64,000 nucleotides of DNA from Marsupella aquatica. Taxonomy: Eukaryota; Plantae; Marchantiophyta. Position 1 is the stretch's first letter; every line of letters starts with the position of its first letter. Position numbers and translations under genes: made by a program. Under the pieces are notes generated by a model. It was not told where the DNA came from. It saw only the letters and a list, made by a program, of their open reading frames with translations, and did no database searches. Location of the stretch: assembly GCA_973895155.1 (NCBI GenBank), contig OZ316896.1, forward strand, positions 15,311,519 through 15,375,518, read 5' to 3'. Below, one piece after another: positions 1 to 13,338 of the stretch.

Positions 1-3000
1 AGCAGGGAGGAGGGGGAGTTCAGGAGGAGGGAGGGCCAGGCTGCCAGGGAGGAGGGCGGGTGCGGAGCAGGGCCGGGTCCGGGCATGGGTAGGGCTGCAG
101 GGTCCGGGATGAGGCCGGGTCTTGGCCGTGTCAGAGAATAATCGGGAATATCCGGCAAAATAGAGTCATTTTCGTCCGGAAAAAGAAGAGTTTACGTGCC
201 GAGCAACTGGCAACTTGCCCGGAACTTCAAACCGGTCACTGATGATAACATAGGTCGATCAACCCACTCATCCACTGTGAGCGTAGTCAACTGAAAAAGT
301 AAGGCTGGGGCCTCCACAAGTCGTCCAACAGTGATTCCATCGAAGCAGGCCGGACAACTCTGAAATTATTGAGAAATCTCAACTGTGGGAAAATCGCCCG
401 AGAAAAGCGAAATGCAAGAAAATTGATCCATGTAGATGCCATTCGTTAATCAAAGAACGAGAGGTAGATATGTGTAGACACTACTAGGAAGCCTACTGGA
501 GAAAAGACGAGAGGAAGGCAATCCTTGAAAAGCCGGACAAAATTCATGTTCCAATTAATCTTCACTAACGTTGCAAATCCACTGACGATCTCTAGTAGTC
601 GAGATTATCTTCGCTATGGCTCTGCTCTTCTGCCACGACCAAATCTAAGTGAGTGCGGGGGTGAAAAAGTTTTGAAAAGTGAAGTTCCATGTTGTTGGCA
701 CTTTAACTGTTTTGGTTAAGCACTCGCCCGGCGTTAGAGTCTATAGTTGATGAATTTAACTATGACTTCTAAATAAGCTCGGCACTTGGGCCGGTGTAAC
801 CTGCACCCCTAGTTTTCATTTTATTTTAGAACATTAGTTATGAACATAACTTTAGGTGGGAACCCACCCTTATGAAGATATAACAATTATCTTTTTAATG
901 AACTATAGAACGAATGTTCTATTTGACATTTTTTGAATAAATTTGAAACATTTTTATTGATTGAGAGCAATTTTACATGACCACACAAAATTAAATAAAT
1001 GAAATAAATAAGTATGTAACATTTTTTTCCGCCCTCGTTGAGGACTGGAGCTCCATCCCAGCTTTCCCAAGTAATTGTTGACGAAGTTTTCCTCCCCTAA
1101 GAACTGTTGATGAAGTTTTCCTTTTCATCACAATTGTTGATGAAGTTTTCCCGTTTTGGTTGTAATTCATCATGATCAAATTCATCGTGATTGAGGGTGA
1201 CGCTTTCCAATTGTACAGTAGTTGAAGGTTTTAGCTATAAATTATCAAGGCCAGAATCTTAGTAGAGAATTTGATGAAGTTTTCCAGTTTTACTCGCAAA
1301 TCTTCACCATCAAGTCAATCGTTGAGGACTGCAGCTACATCCCAGCTACCCAATAATTCTTGATGAAGTTTTCCTTCCCATCGAGTGTTGATTGAGTTTT
1401 CCACTTATTTGTAAATCATCAAGAACAAATTCATAGTAGAGGATTGAATGAAGCTTTCCAATTCTACTTGCAAATCTTTCAAGCCAAGTCCATCGCTGAG
1501 GAGTGCAGCTGCATCCCAGCTTTCCCGATATTGTTGATGACGTTTTCCTTTCCCAACAATTGGTCAAGAAGTATTCCGTTTCAGCTGTCAATCATCAAGA
1601 TCAAATTCAAAGTCGAAGATAACCATTCGTTCAAGTGCATAGTCAAGGGATGCTGTCCATGATGAGCTAATCTGGATTTACAAGTCAACGGAAAATGTAA
1701 TCAATTCTACATCCACAAGAGTTGAGCTATCAAATCATTGGAGAGGCATCTGCAATGTGATCCCGCTGAGATAATTGAGAAGTCCCCACAGTAACCTATG
1801 AGCAGACATCATGATTGGCAACATTGGCACAGCTGCAGCCGATCTGATCAATTTCGATATCGTCGACACCTAGATTTGCAAGCTCTTGAAATACATTTCC
1901 TTGCTGCCTTTAATCACCCGAATTTGATCCTGATTTCTAGAGGTTTCCCGCTGACTTGTCAAATGATCTCCGTTCGTTTTACTGTAGGTTTTCCATGGCC
2001 TCTGGTATTCAATTGCTCTTGACTGCAGCTGTTGATTTGCCATCTCTTTTCGATTGCCTCCGTTCCTCATCGATTACCACCGTTGCCGTTTTTCCAGGCA
2101 GCTATAACTGCAGATGTCAATTCCCTTCAGAGTGCCTTCAGTCAACCTCCGTAACCACTCTTGATCCTGTGGAAGTCCAAAATCTAATTCTGGGCTTCCA
2201 TTTCCAATGCGTTGGGCAGACTGTAAGCTACTTTTTATCTCCAACCTGTCCCAAATTGCAATTTGAATGCAATTGCAGTTTTGAAAAATCTGCGCAAACG
2301 AATCCATTTCTTCCGCTTTATTGCAAAGATGCATCGAATTTCGTAAAACGACGGCCAACTGTTAGCATGGGATGCAAGTTTCCCGGCAGTCTGCAATCTT
2401 GAGTACCGTTAATTGGGCTATGCTCTGCGTATCCGTTGATTATCCCATCAAAGCCTTCGAACCTGAGCATGTGAATATGAAGCTCACTTTCGAGAACTGA
2501 AAAGCAGAAAACTGATGAGGCGTGATAGACAGATGAGAGAGATGATCTTCCCACCGCATTGAATCAGTTTACTAAGCTCCGCGTCTGCGCATGATGCCTT
2601 TCCTGACATATTACTTCATCACCAAGGCAAGAAGGTTCAACAAATTGAAGAGAAAATCAAAGCACTGCGCCATTTACAGTACGAAGTGCTCCAAATCGTG
2701 CCACGAAGAGCACAGACCGAATGAATAGATTCAATTTGTCAACAGCCCTGCTTCTCTTGCATGGTGTGACTAGAATTACACAAATCAAATGAATATGAAA
2801 CGTTACATCAAGGGCTCGGAGGACAAGCCCTCATGCCACTGCATGCGGTCCGAGAGATGCCAATAGCTGATAAGAAGTGGATCTCTGTAAAAATTTCGCC
2901 GTCGAGATTGCTCGCATGGATTCACCAGGAGTCGCTACAGGTGATGGAAGCCCTTTCGTTTCGATCAATGCGCGGTATTACTCACTCCCTCATCCAAGAG

Positions 3001-3036
3001 GCAAAGCTCCAGCCTGGTGTCGTGCAGCATTGTCAA

Positions 3037-3173
3037 CACCGAGGACTTACAATCCATAGAACCGATGAGACGACTACACATTGCTAAAATAGAGTTTCGT
3101 GTAGCACTGTTACCACCACCGAGGACTAAGAATCCAACAGGACGGATGAGACGACAACACATTGCTAAAATAG
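3037..3173. repeat. Short tandem duplication (~81-bp period) downstream of the FUT stop
   Basis: CACCGAGGACT...GATGAGACGAC(T/A)ACACATTGCTAAAATAGA occurs twice. Confidence 0.7.
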
Positions 3174-3216
3174 AAAGTCGTCAATTAAAATGATGTGCTC
3201 TACAAGACTGTAACAT

Positions 3217-5082
3217 CTACTCGCCCGTGTTCAGTACTGACTCCTCATTCGAAGGATTGCTCTCATGGTCCGTGATCAGCTGCAGTCCCGTGCTGTCTTT
3301 CTGGAGGCACTTCTGGATGTAAGGAACGGAATCGAGTATACTGCGTCCATGGACCTCGGGGTCATGGGGGCAGATGAACGTCTCCGCCGCTTGATCGAAG
3401 CAAACGTCGACTGACTGTGCCCTCTCACACGCTGGGCCGCCATCGTCGTCGACGTTGATGAACCAGGGCCTGAGAGCTCCATAGGCTTGCGCCAGGCCCC
3501 CGAACGTAGACACGGGAGTGACGAGCAATGCGTCCGAGAGACTTAGGCAGATGATCTCAACAAATGCCTCAACATCGACTTCCGACCCGAAATGCTGAGC
3601 CTCGCTCTCGTGCGTCAGCTGGACCAGCCCCACCCCCTCGCCGGTTGCCGTCATCCTCTTCACGTAGATTTCGCTGAGGTAGTCGTGCAGGCCCGGAAAA
3701 AGAGAAGCAATGAAGACCTTGCTCGTGTTCCGTAGATGATGATCGTAGTCTTTGAATTCTCCAGCAGGGAGAGCTGTGGGAAGAAGCTTGTTAGCGGTGA
3801 CACACTGTAGCACTCTCTGGTTCACCAAATCGTTCATCTTCTTGTACTGCGGAAGATGCCTGAAGTATCTCAGCTGCACCCCAACCAAACTCTGGGTATG
3901 CCGCAAGTACAAATCATTGATGTCGTCTATCCTCTCCCAGATGTGATCAGACGGGAGGAACACTGTTCGGAGGATGTGAGTGAGAGCCATCCGGTCCGGG
4001 AACATGTCCTCCAGTGCTGGACGAAATGCGGGAATGGCGAAGAGTTTGGGAAGAAAGTACAAGCACCCGGACATGGAGATCCATGGCACCTTGCTCATGT
4101 ACGCCTGTTCGGTGTCGCAGTAGTACCTGTCCAACGGCTGGAGCTTGTCAGCGAAATCCACAGCATGTAATTCGTCAGGTTGGGGGGGGTTCTTGAACTC
4201 CGTCATATCGACCCAGAGTTGAAACTCGCTCCGGGTGTGCCAGAAATCTCGGTAGTTGCCTACTTCGGAGGGATCCTTCAGCTTCCAGGAGGAACCGACG
4301 AAGGGCTCGCAGAGATGCTCCGTGATGTTGAGGTTGTCCGGGATCAGAATAACTCTCTGGGTGAGAATGGCGAAGAGCAAGGCGGAAGCTTTGAAGAGAA
4401 TCTTGTTGCCCAGGCCCACCTTCGGTAGCTCCACCACCAGAAACTTACATCCTGTGCTGGTGTTTCTGCTCAGGAAATGCTCCGTGATGTTGCCCGCTTG
4501 ACTGATACATGTCCTGTGCATCGTCGTGTACTCTTCGAAAACCTCTTCCCACGCAGGATTGGGAAGCAAGTCCTGAGCGATATTGCGGCTGGCGTACATC
4601 ATTGGCAGCTCCCACCGGCTCCTGCAGGAGTTCTCCATGTGCCATTGGTCTTCCTCTTCTGCCTCGAAAAGCACTTCTGGACCAGAACTGGCAGCTCTCA
4701 CTGTGGCAGACCTCAGCGCGTTGATAATGTCGTTCGCTGAGTGGAATGAGACGGCTGATTCTCGAGATTTTTTCGCCTGTATTGGCGTGTACTTGTTATA
4801 GTTGGAGGCGATGTGCCTGATGTCTTTTAACGATAGAAATTTGGAGTATGTTGCCAGCCCTGAGTTGTTGCTACACGAACTGCTGACCCAAAGCAGAAAC
4901 GAAAGCGTCCCGAACGTTGCGTAGAAATATGCGGCACGCGAGAATGGTTTCACCAACCGGGGTGGACTTTTGGGGAATGCCACCATGATGACTGACGAGA
5001 ATGAACAACAACACGAACCAAGCTCTCGCCACAAACCCCTCAAAATCGTCAATCGATTCTCCGCCGCGGGAGAAATTCCCAT
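3217..5082 (-). CDS. Xyloglucan-type alpha-1,2-fucosyltransferase (GT37, FUT1/MUR2-like), single exon
   Basis: Long ORF with an N-terminal TM segment (YFYATFGTLSFLLWV) and GT37 motifs GLGNKIL, LCEPFVGSSW, YFLPKLF, VGVQLR and LSLSDALLVTPVSTFGGLAQAYGALRPW. First in-frame ATG is at 5082, with an alternative at ~4986. Confidence 0.9.
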   Translation of the reverse strand: MGISPAAENRLTILRGLWRELGSCCCSFSSVIMVAFPKSPPRLVKPFSRAAYFYATFGTLSFLLWVSSSCSNNSGLATYSKFLSLKDIRHIASNYNKYTPIQAKKSRESAVSFHSANDIINALRSATVRAASSGPEVLFEAEEEDQWHMENSCRSRWELPMMYASRNIAQDLLPNPAWEEVFEEYTTMHRTCISQAGNITEHFLSRNTSTGCKFLVVELPKVGLGNKILFKASALLFAILTQRVILIPDNLNITEHLCEPFVGSSWKLKDPSEVGNYRDFWHTRSEFQLWVDMTEFKNPPQPDELHAVDFADKLQPLDRYYCDTEQAYMSKVPWISMSGCLYFLPKLFAIPAFRPALEDMFPDRMALTHILRTVFLPSDHIWERIDDINDLYLRHTQSLVGVQLRYFRHLPQYKKMNDLVNQRVLQCVTANKLLPTALPAGEFKDYDHHLRNTSKVFIASLFPGLHDYLSEIYVKRMTATGEGVGLVQLTHESEAQHFGSEVDVEAFVEIICLSLSDALLVTPVSTFGGLAQAYGALRPWFINVDDDGGPACERAQSVDVCFDQAAETFICPHDPEVHGRSILDSVPYIQKCLQKDSTGLQLITDHESNPSNEESVLNTGE

Positions 5083-5914
5083 GAGAAACCACAAGGTCTC
5101 GACCACTGACAGTTCCCTCCTTCCCGTCCTGCATTCTCTGATGAGCGACGCCGTCGTCGCCTCGAGCTCAAATCAACCACCACCAGACTGATGCTTAGCC
5201 GAGATCAAATTGAATGCCAACTACAACACGTTGTGTCGACAGAAGGGCGTTTTGCTGTAAAGTTCTGGTGAACGGGACTGTGGAGGGACGACGGATGACC
5301 CCTCCCTCGGCAATGACTTCTGCAGACAATCCAAGCTTTCCTCCCCCAGGCGAGCCTGATGAGGCCGTCATGGAGGTATCTTGCCACACCCCGATTTTCA
5401 TAATTCCTCGCTCCCCTCTGGTGGCCGATTCGACCCCCATGACCATGACAGAGACACAAGAAAATCTTCCGATTCCCGTCACCGATTCCCATGGAAGAGG
5501 ACTGTATCCATTTCACAACAACAGTGTGGTCGAACGTAAACGACGAATGCGGCACCGGAGAATGCATGAAGGAGAGGGCGGATCACACAACTTTCCTTTC
5601 AACACTATTCTTTGCCAAGAATCGGGAGGTTGAGCAGTGTGGGCCGATAGGTAGCATCCGATTTGTGTGCATACCGATAAAATAGAATAGCGGATCGGAA
5701 GCCAGAACAAGTGGGCAGGGAGGGCTGAGTTGACTCACTCACTGACTCACTCACTCACTCCCTCCCCCAGGCGGGCCGGACGGGCACGGATCACGGAGAG
5801 GTGAAGATTGAGCTGCAGGTTTGCCTTCCTCGGCGGCCCTACGGAAGGAGGATCATCATCGCCACGAGAGAAGCCGTCCATGAGACAACTATACGACTCG
5901 ACGGACTCGAATTT

Positions 5915-6230
5915 TTTTTTTCATCGATTCGCTCCCAGGGATCGTCGATTGATTCCGTCTCGTCGTTTGGTGGAGGCTGAAAATTTCTCCTCTCCCTCGT
6001 GAAGTTGTGATGCGTCGATGCATTCGCAAATCTTCTACCTACAGTCAAGATTTGGAGAAACGCGTTAAGGTCAGCAGAATCTTTTTATTCATCGATTCGT
6101 TCCGGGGGATCGTCGTTTGATTCCGTCTCATCGTTTGGTGGAAGCTAAAAAAAATTCCATGTCCCTCGTGAAGTTGTGATGCGTAGAGCATTCGCACATC
6201 TTTCTACCTACACTCGAGATTTGGAGAAAA
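5915..6230. repeat. Two-copy tandem duplication (~170 bp) upstream of the FUT gene
   Basis: TTCATCGATTCG..GGGATCGTCG..TGATTCCGTCTC..CCCTCGTGAAGTTGTGATGCGT..GATTTGGAGAAA occurs at ~5920 and ~6087. Confidence 0.8.
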
Positions 6231-6519
6231 GTGAAAGGTCGGATGTTTCAAAGCCAAAAAAAGTGTTAAAGGTCTAGTCTTTCATTCACTTTCTTCTTTC
6301 ACTCGTTCCTTGACACATCAGCGCCGCTTTTATCCAGTATTCTGTCTCACAAAAACGGAACCATATGCATAAGATGATTTATCAATGTTTGAAAACTTTA
6401 ACCTAATGTTAAGATCGGCCACTTATTCCTTTATGGGATACTAGCTCCATGCATGTGCATTGCACAAAACATATCAGCAGAGCAACATATCAGCAGAGCA
6501 ACATATCTTGAAGTGAGAA

Positions 6520-7060
6520 CACATGTCAAGGTGAGTAAAAGAAATTGAGATGAGAAAAAAATTTAAAGGTGGGAAAAATATGTTGAGGTGAATAAAGATC
6601 TGGTGGTGCAATAAAGAAGTCAAGGTAGAAAAATGATAAGATGTCAAGATGAAGAAAAATGTCAAGGAAAGGAAAAGAAGTTGAGGTCAGATAAGATATT
6701 GAGGAGAGAAAATATGTCAAGCTGAGAAAAAAATGTCAAGGTGAGACAAAGATGATTGAGAAAAAGATGTCAAGGTGAGACAACTATGTTGAGTCTAGGA
6801 AAAGATATCAAAGAGAGAAAAGATGTTATGGTGAGATAAAAATATTAAACTGAGAAAAAGACAACGAGATGAGAAAACGATGTCAAGGCGAGGTAATAAG
6901 GTATAGGCTTGTGATGTAGTTATTGACACATGTTATGTGTGATCCTGACATACAGTTGTTGTGGTCGTGTTCAATACCGTTTGCACATAAGATGTTGCAA
7001 AAAAAATGTCATTGCATACAAGATGTCTATGTCAAAAAAAATGTTGTTGCAAAATTGACA
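6520..7060. repeat. Degenerate ~20-bp minisatellite (AAAAAGATGTCAAGGTGAGA), related to the Helitron-internal satellite
   Basis: Repeated ATGTCAAGGTGAGA units, followed by a degenerate copy of the Helitron end (TCAATACCGTTTGCAC, ~6971). Confidence 0.65.
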
Positions 7061-8431
7061 AGGGAGAACTCGAGATAGGCGATGACAACCGAGACAGGCA
7101 TATTCACACAACACAATGGTAGGTGGAAGATGACATCCCCCTCCTCCTCATGGCCTCCTGTCCCCCTTTCTCTTGGGCTGCCTCTCTCGCTCCTAAATGA
7201 TTTTCCTCTTTGTAGCCAATTCTACTCCATGATACTCTTTTCATAATCTTGTGCCCTGAATTTCATAGTAGGAAAACATTTTTCTGGTCAGTACTGCCCT
7301 TCTTGACTTTTCTCTTCGTAATTTTCAGTTGGGTTGGCTCATTGCTAAACTTCTCCTCTAATTTTACTAAGACTAGTAAAATAAAGATCTCTTAGACATT
7401 AGTGTATTAATGTCCTGGTCCCCTGACATTATTCCTGATTATCTCTTTGAAATAGTTCTCTTTTGTCAGGCCCGCAGTGCCCCGAAAAGAGGATGCTACT
7501 ATATTCTAAAAATGTGGGGAAAATTGTGCATCTAAATTGATGTCGGCACATGGGTTACTGTCTATAAGTTTGCATCTGGAGTGTGAGAACTCGTATGAAA
7601 ATAAGCTGGCCAGGAGCACCCCAGTTAGAATACATTGTGGGACATAATGGGGAGTCTCAAACCAAACATTGATGTACACTAACTACTACGTTAAGGTTAT
7701 GGACAGAAAAAGTTATTGAATACCAAATTCATGCTTGGTAACTTTTTGTCACAAAGAAAAATCATATGCCATGATAGCAGATCTGAATATTTTTATTTTT
7801 CAAAGAACAATCACGTGCCATGACCATAAGTAATTGTAGAGGCTAGAGAGAAACAACCAAAAAATGTTTACAGAACCCTGTGAGAAAAATTTCAGCCGTT
7901 TCTTTATGGTCCAAGGCATCAGCAATAACAATGAGGCTTTTGGGTCACCCTAGTGTTCCAACCACAAGTGCTTTAGCTCAAGGTTGAGGGGAGATTATGA
8001 TACAAAAGGCCCATAACCAGAACTTTACCTTACTTAAAGCTTGAGTGAGTTTTGGAAAGAAACAAATAAGTAAACACACTTGAGCTAGGGTCATGCACTA
8101 TTGTCTAAAGAAAGAAGAATTTAAAATGACAGGATTTTAGGCCATGCAAATAGCAGCAAATTATACTTTTTGTTTTAAATATGCCTAGATTGATGGGTCA
8201 TAATGTACTCCTCAAAATAAGGTGTGTATTGTAGAAAATGAATGCCCTCAAAATATAAAGCCAAAACTCAAGAAAAACTTTGTTTCAAACCATGTGTGGG
8301 GCTGGTTAAATGTGCTGCACAACTCTACTACCTTCATGCCCTTTGTGATTTTTCTCGTTGCAATTTTCAAGGCATTCATGGATAAGAATGCACAGTCACT
8401 CAAGATTTGGATCAGCTCATTGCAAAGTTTC

Positions 8432-8775
8432 TGTTGAGCATAGACTACAATCGCAACGGCAAGCCCATGAACCATCCAACGCACAAGAGTCAACACAGAG
8501 GGATACGTGGTTCACCTCCACATGAGACTACGTCCACGGGAACACACATGAGCTTTACTGCACTCTAGGCTGACCGGCCATACCAAACATCCACAGCGCA
8601 AGCTCTCTTTATCTCTCAACTAGCTCTGTAACAATGAGCCTGAGTTCCCATCTCCAAGCAAACATCGTTTGGGTATATAGTGTGCACAGCATGACTAACC
8701 TAACCAAGTTTGCGATTAAGGTTAGCCTTAACTATGGTACAATTGTTACTCTAGACCTAAGAGTAAATCCTAACA
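8432..8775 (+). mobile_element. Solo LTR (family A), copy 1
   Basis: TGTTGAG...CTAACA termini with a perfect 5-bp TSD (GTTTC). Homologous to the copies at 9535, 23055 and 40411. Confidence 0.9.
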
Positions 8776-9534
8776 GTTTCTATTATGCTTAGTTTACTAA
8801 AGTTTTTACAATGGTAATCTTGCGTTATAAGGATTGCACACTGTGTTAGAAGAAAATCTCACACAGAATGGTACCTCTGGTGGGCCTGAAGGTCCATTGG
8901 GAGAGAGTGTGCATCTTTTGGTCTATTAAGTACAAAATTTATGTTTGGAGGTCCATGTTCGCACAAGTATGCCAGACTTGTGCAAACATGATAATCCCTA
9001 CAACACTATGTGTAGCACGGATGCTATTCCAAACCAGGTTCCAAACCACATTGTTTGGGGTAAATGTTTTATGTGTGACATCACCTTGTGGTAATTTTCA
9101 GAATTTTAATTAGAAAAATATAAGCTGGGGATTTTCCCCGCCTGCAATCCAATTGTACCAGTTTGGCTTGCTTGAAGACGATTTCCCCTTTATACAAATT
9201 CACTGGCAACAGTAAGTAATTGTTGATGAGATTTTTTTCTGTATGCACATTATACTCAACATCTCTTGGGATTTCCCTTTGCTTGTTGATTCTGTAGTGA
9301 AGTCTACCATTGTGACATATACATTTTAAACATACAGCCAAACCATCAAGTCCACAAAGTTCAGAAAAAAATGAAAATGACATAAATGCACATAGTGATA
9401 TGGTATGTCTGTAGCAGAAGTGTTAAATGTTGAGAATGAGAATTCTCAGATTGTAAGATGCAAAGATTGGTTCGCCGGGAGTATCTAACAAAATCACCTT
9501 CAAAATCTATGTACAGAATGACAAGCTATGGTTG

Positions 9535-9890
9535 TGTTAGGCATTTACTCTTAGTCTAGGGTTACGACTATAACCATAGTTGGGAACCGTAGTTAGGGCT
9601 AATCATAGTTGTAGACTAGGTTAGGTTAACTAAGTTCCACACTATATCATAAACGGTGTGTTGCTTGGATAGAAGGAACTCAGGCTCATTGTTACGGAGC
9701 CAGTTGAGAGATAGAGAGATCTTGTGTTATGGAGACTCGGTATGGCCGACGGGTCTAGAGTGTAGTAAAACTCTTGTGTGTTCCTATGGACATAGTCTCA
9801 GATGAGGTGAACCACGTATCTCTTTGTGTCGCATACTTGTAAGTTGGATGTTCATAGGCTTACGGTCGTGGATGTCATCTTTGCTCAACA
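9535..9890 (-). mobile_element. Solo LTR (family A), copy 2, inverted relative to copy 1
   Basis: TGTTAG...CTCAACA, a reverse-complement homolog of 8432-8775. No TSD seen. Confidence 0.8.
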
Positions 9891-12447
9891 AGAAGTACAA
9901 CCTACCTGAAAAGTGATAAAAACAATTATTTGAACTAAGAATGAGTTGAACCCGACCTAATCTAAACAGTGGGTGAAACCAAAGGTACCCCTAACAAATA
10001 TGGTTTTGTTTCGAGAACACCCCAACTCACCCTACAAGAAGCTAACGCAAAATGGATGGCAAACCCAAGGACTTGGCAGTCCTGCTAAAGACATGGAGAG
10101 CAGCACCAAATGATGGGGACCAATGGCAATGTACCTAGACACAACAACACTAAACATTGACATAATAAGAGCATCCTGTTGTGTAAAAAATTGCAAAGTA
10201 AGAAGCAACCACTTGAATACTAAGAAGGGATCGGAACCCAACAAATAGGTGCAATGCATAGGAGGAAAGTGTAAGGTGAAGCCCTCCCACTGCAGGTCAA
10301 ATTTGCGCCACAAGAGGCCCACTGCTAAAATTGAGCGGGCCTGAAGAATACAACCTTGAAAGTTAGTATTCTGCCTCCAGTCTATTGACTTGAAAATTGA
10401 AGGGGGCACGGATGTCTTCTAGTACTAAGTATTGGATGTGTGCAATGACACTTTAGTGCTAGAGACCCATGTTGGATAGCTTGCTCATGTTCTTTGTGGT
10501 GTCACCATGATCCATCATTGAAAAGGGTCATCAAAACTGTCATTTGATGTGAAATGCCCCCTTTACATCATACTGCAAGAAATATCTTTTACCTTTCATA
10601 CCAAAGAGTTGTGTATTGGGTAAGAGATATTTCTCTTACATGGTGTATAGTTCACACTGACAAACAATTGCATTTGTACGTTATCCATTTCTGTGACCAC
10701 ATGCCCCTTTACAAGTTCTTATTATCGCGACCTTACACTATCTTCACTATAGCCTATTTTCTATTTTCCTGGTATATGAACAAATTGATTGAACTGTTTC
10801 TCTTACATGCTGTATTTACACTCTGTGTATAGTCAGTGTTTGAATAAAAATGCTCAGAGTCTTCTTAAAATGTGCATCACAAAGTTAGGTTTTACACGTA
10901 CTCTTCAATATTTTGTAAGGCCCAATATTGAAAATCTGAACTTTAGGGGAGGATGGTTCTAGGCCCCCCACCCCATGAGGCTTGGGGTTATGCACAGTCA
11001 TTGGCATTTCCGGGCTGTTATTGATCTGGGACGTTGAGGTGTTTAGGGGTTATGAGGGTTTACTACTCGATCTGCAAGCTTTATGGCTCATTGAGTTTTG
11101 CTTGTAGGTGCTTCAGTTTCTGGCCACCCAATGGCACACTGTGCTGTTGGTGTTCCGTCTATCGCCGGGCTTTCACGGTTTTAAATTTATATGAAAATCA
11201 CCTTTCAAGGAATAATTAGCTGAACTTTTAGCCTAGTATTGTCATGGTACTGAACAAGCACTCTAAAATATGTTGTACCATACAAAATGTGAATGATTAG
11301 GTGAACTTTCAGCTCAGCATTGCGACGGGGACCTATAAAATGGCCCAGAAAATAGTATACACCGAATTGTCAAGTATATCGTGACCACACCCACCTTTGG
11401 TCACGTGCATTTTTATTTACGTTTTGCGTGAACCAGGATGAAATACGACCTGCAGATGAGTACTCCCCTGGGAACGACTTTGCGGGTCATAATGAAAATA
11501 ATAATACATCGTCGCCTATCCCCAGATCGACCGACACTCAAAAAGCAGCACCCGTAGATCAACGAGTCAGATCTTCCCGGGGCCCCCAGACCCAGCCAAA
11601 AAGTTCCACAAGTACGAGACAAAACTGTACCTAATGCGTACCATCGGGTACACAAACCCGAGAAAATCATTCGCCCGAACGATAAAAGGTTCGGTACTTC
11701 GGTACTGTGATGGACCACAGTCGTCACCTCAGACAAATGTCTCCGTACTCAACCGTACCAGAAAGTACCGTACTTTCGAACTGTAGCGGGTGGGTCACAG
11801 TCGGCGTGGGTTCCACGAAACGTACTGTACGTTTTGAGTGGTAAGAAGTTGTACTTCTGTACGGGAGAGGGGTGGAATCAATGGACGAGAGGCAAAACTT
11901 GGGCTTCAATCCAGGGTTTTGAACCGGGTCGGGGACGACCGGACTTGGGTCCGTGTCTCCCTGACTTGAGACGCTCTTGAGTGGGCTTACCGGGTAGTTT
12001 CCGTGGCCTCCGGCATAGAAAGACACCCCTGGTGATAATGCTAGTTTTTTCCGGTGGTCAAGGTCAAGGTACGTACACTGTTTACCGAGTGTTAATACAA
12101 CTGATCAAGGTGGAGCAAATTGTAAGATACACTCATGAACCAGAAGGGCGTCTCAAACCCTGTTCCGCCCTAAACTCAGGGGTCTCATCAAGTAACCCTT
12201 TTCATTTTGGGGGTCTATCAAGTGTATACCCCTGTCAAAAATGGGTGTTTCTTTAAAAAGGCAGTCAGTGCACCAGAGAATAGTCCCGGCTCACCAGAGA
12301 ATAGCCCCAGCAAAGTGGGTGCCCTTTCAAGAATTTTTGGCACCCTTCAGAAAAAATGACCAATTCAAGAAATTGTGTATTGAGCTTGCCTTTTGCCTCT
12401 CGTTTGAGAGTGTAGAAGTGGGAGATACCTAGATGCCAGGCTCCCCA

Positions 12448-12985
12448 AACTTGGTCCCTGGAAGTGACTTGCCAAATCGACCAGGTTGAATCCATATGAA
12501 ATGCATAGACCAAGCCCATGGTCAAAGTGTCAAACTTGGTCCCTGGAAGTGACTTGCCAATTGACCAGGTTGAATCCATATGGAATGCATAGACCAAGCC
12601 CATGGTTACAAACTGTCAAGTCATTACCCACTTACTGATTGATTGACCAACGTTATGAATAGTGAAATATATTCTCTCCCACAATAATTGCTTACCTATT
12701 GGAGTTGCCCGGAATGTGACAAAATTGGGTGAGTAGGCTGTCATGTAGTCACAAATCAAGGGTGAGTTGAGCAAGGACCAAATATGGGTGAGTAAACTTA
12801 GCCACATATCTAGGGTGAGTTGAGCATGAACCAGGTAGACTGTTATTTAGCCACAAATCTAGGATGAGATGAAATTGGGGTGCGTAGACTGTGACTTAGC
12901 CACAAATCTAGGGTGAGTTTGAGCTTGACCAAATTGGGGTGAGTAGACTGTTATCTATCTACAAATCTAGGGTGAGTTGGCATTC
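12448..12985. repeat. Two-copy ~83-bp duplication plus degenerate TAGCCACAAATCTAGGGTGAGTT repeats (probable transposon interior)
   Basis: AAACTTGGTCCCTGGAAGTGACTTGCCAA...AGACCAAGCCCATGGT occurs twice, followed by about five degenerate shorter units. Confidence 0.7.
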
Positions 12986-13338
12986 TCTCTCAGTTGAACT
13001 ACTTAGGGTTTGAATAGGGGCTGAAACTGCCAGAAGTATTTAGGGGCATGCTCCGCTCTTAGTCACCAGCAAGAGCTGCATCAGAATGAAACCACTACAA
13101 GTTCACAACACACTGCCCCACAACCCCAAAGTATCATGAATCAATCTGTGCAGGTGCAAATTATTCATTTTGGGGGGCTCCATAGCAGTTAACATCCTTC
13201 ATTTCACAAAAATCTTTTCCGTATAACTCCTTTGATTGACCAAACTTATGGATTGTGGGGTATACTCTCTCCCTCAATATTTATCCAAAAGATTTCTTTC
13301 ACTAGGTGAGGAGTCGTTACCCAGGGTGTTATTAAGTA

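Noticed and set aside
990-2560. Short ORFs with KTSST repeats as a gene
   Set aside because: They derive from degenerate GATGAAGTTTTCC repeats, with no consistent frame, splice structure or recognisable domain.
11458-13330. TIR pair CCCTGGG(T)AACGACT delimiting a DNA transposon
   Set aside because: Only ~14 bp match and no TSD could be established, so it is plausible but unsupported.
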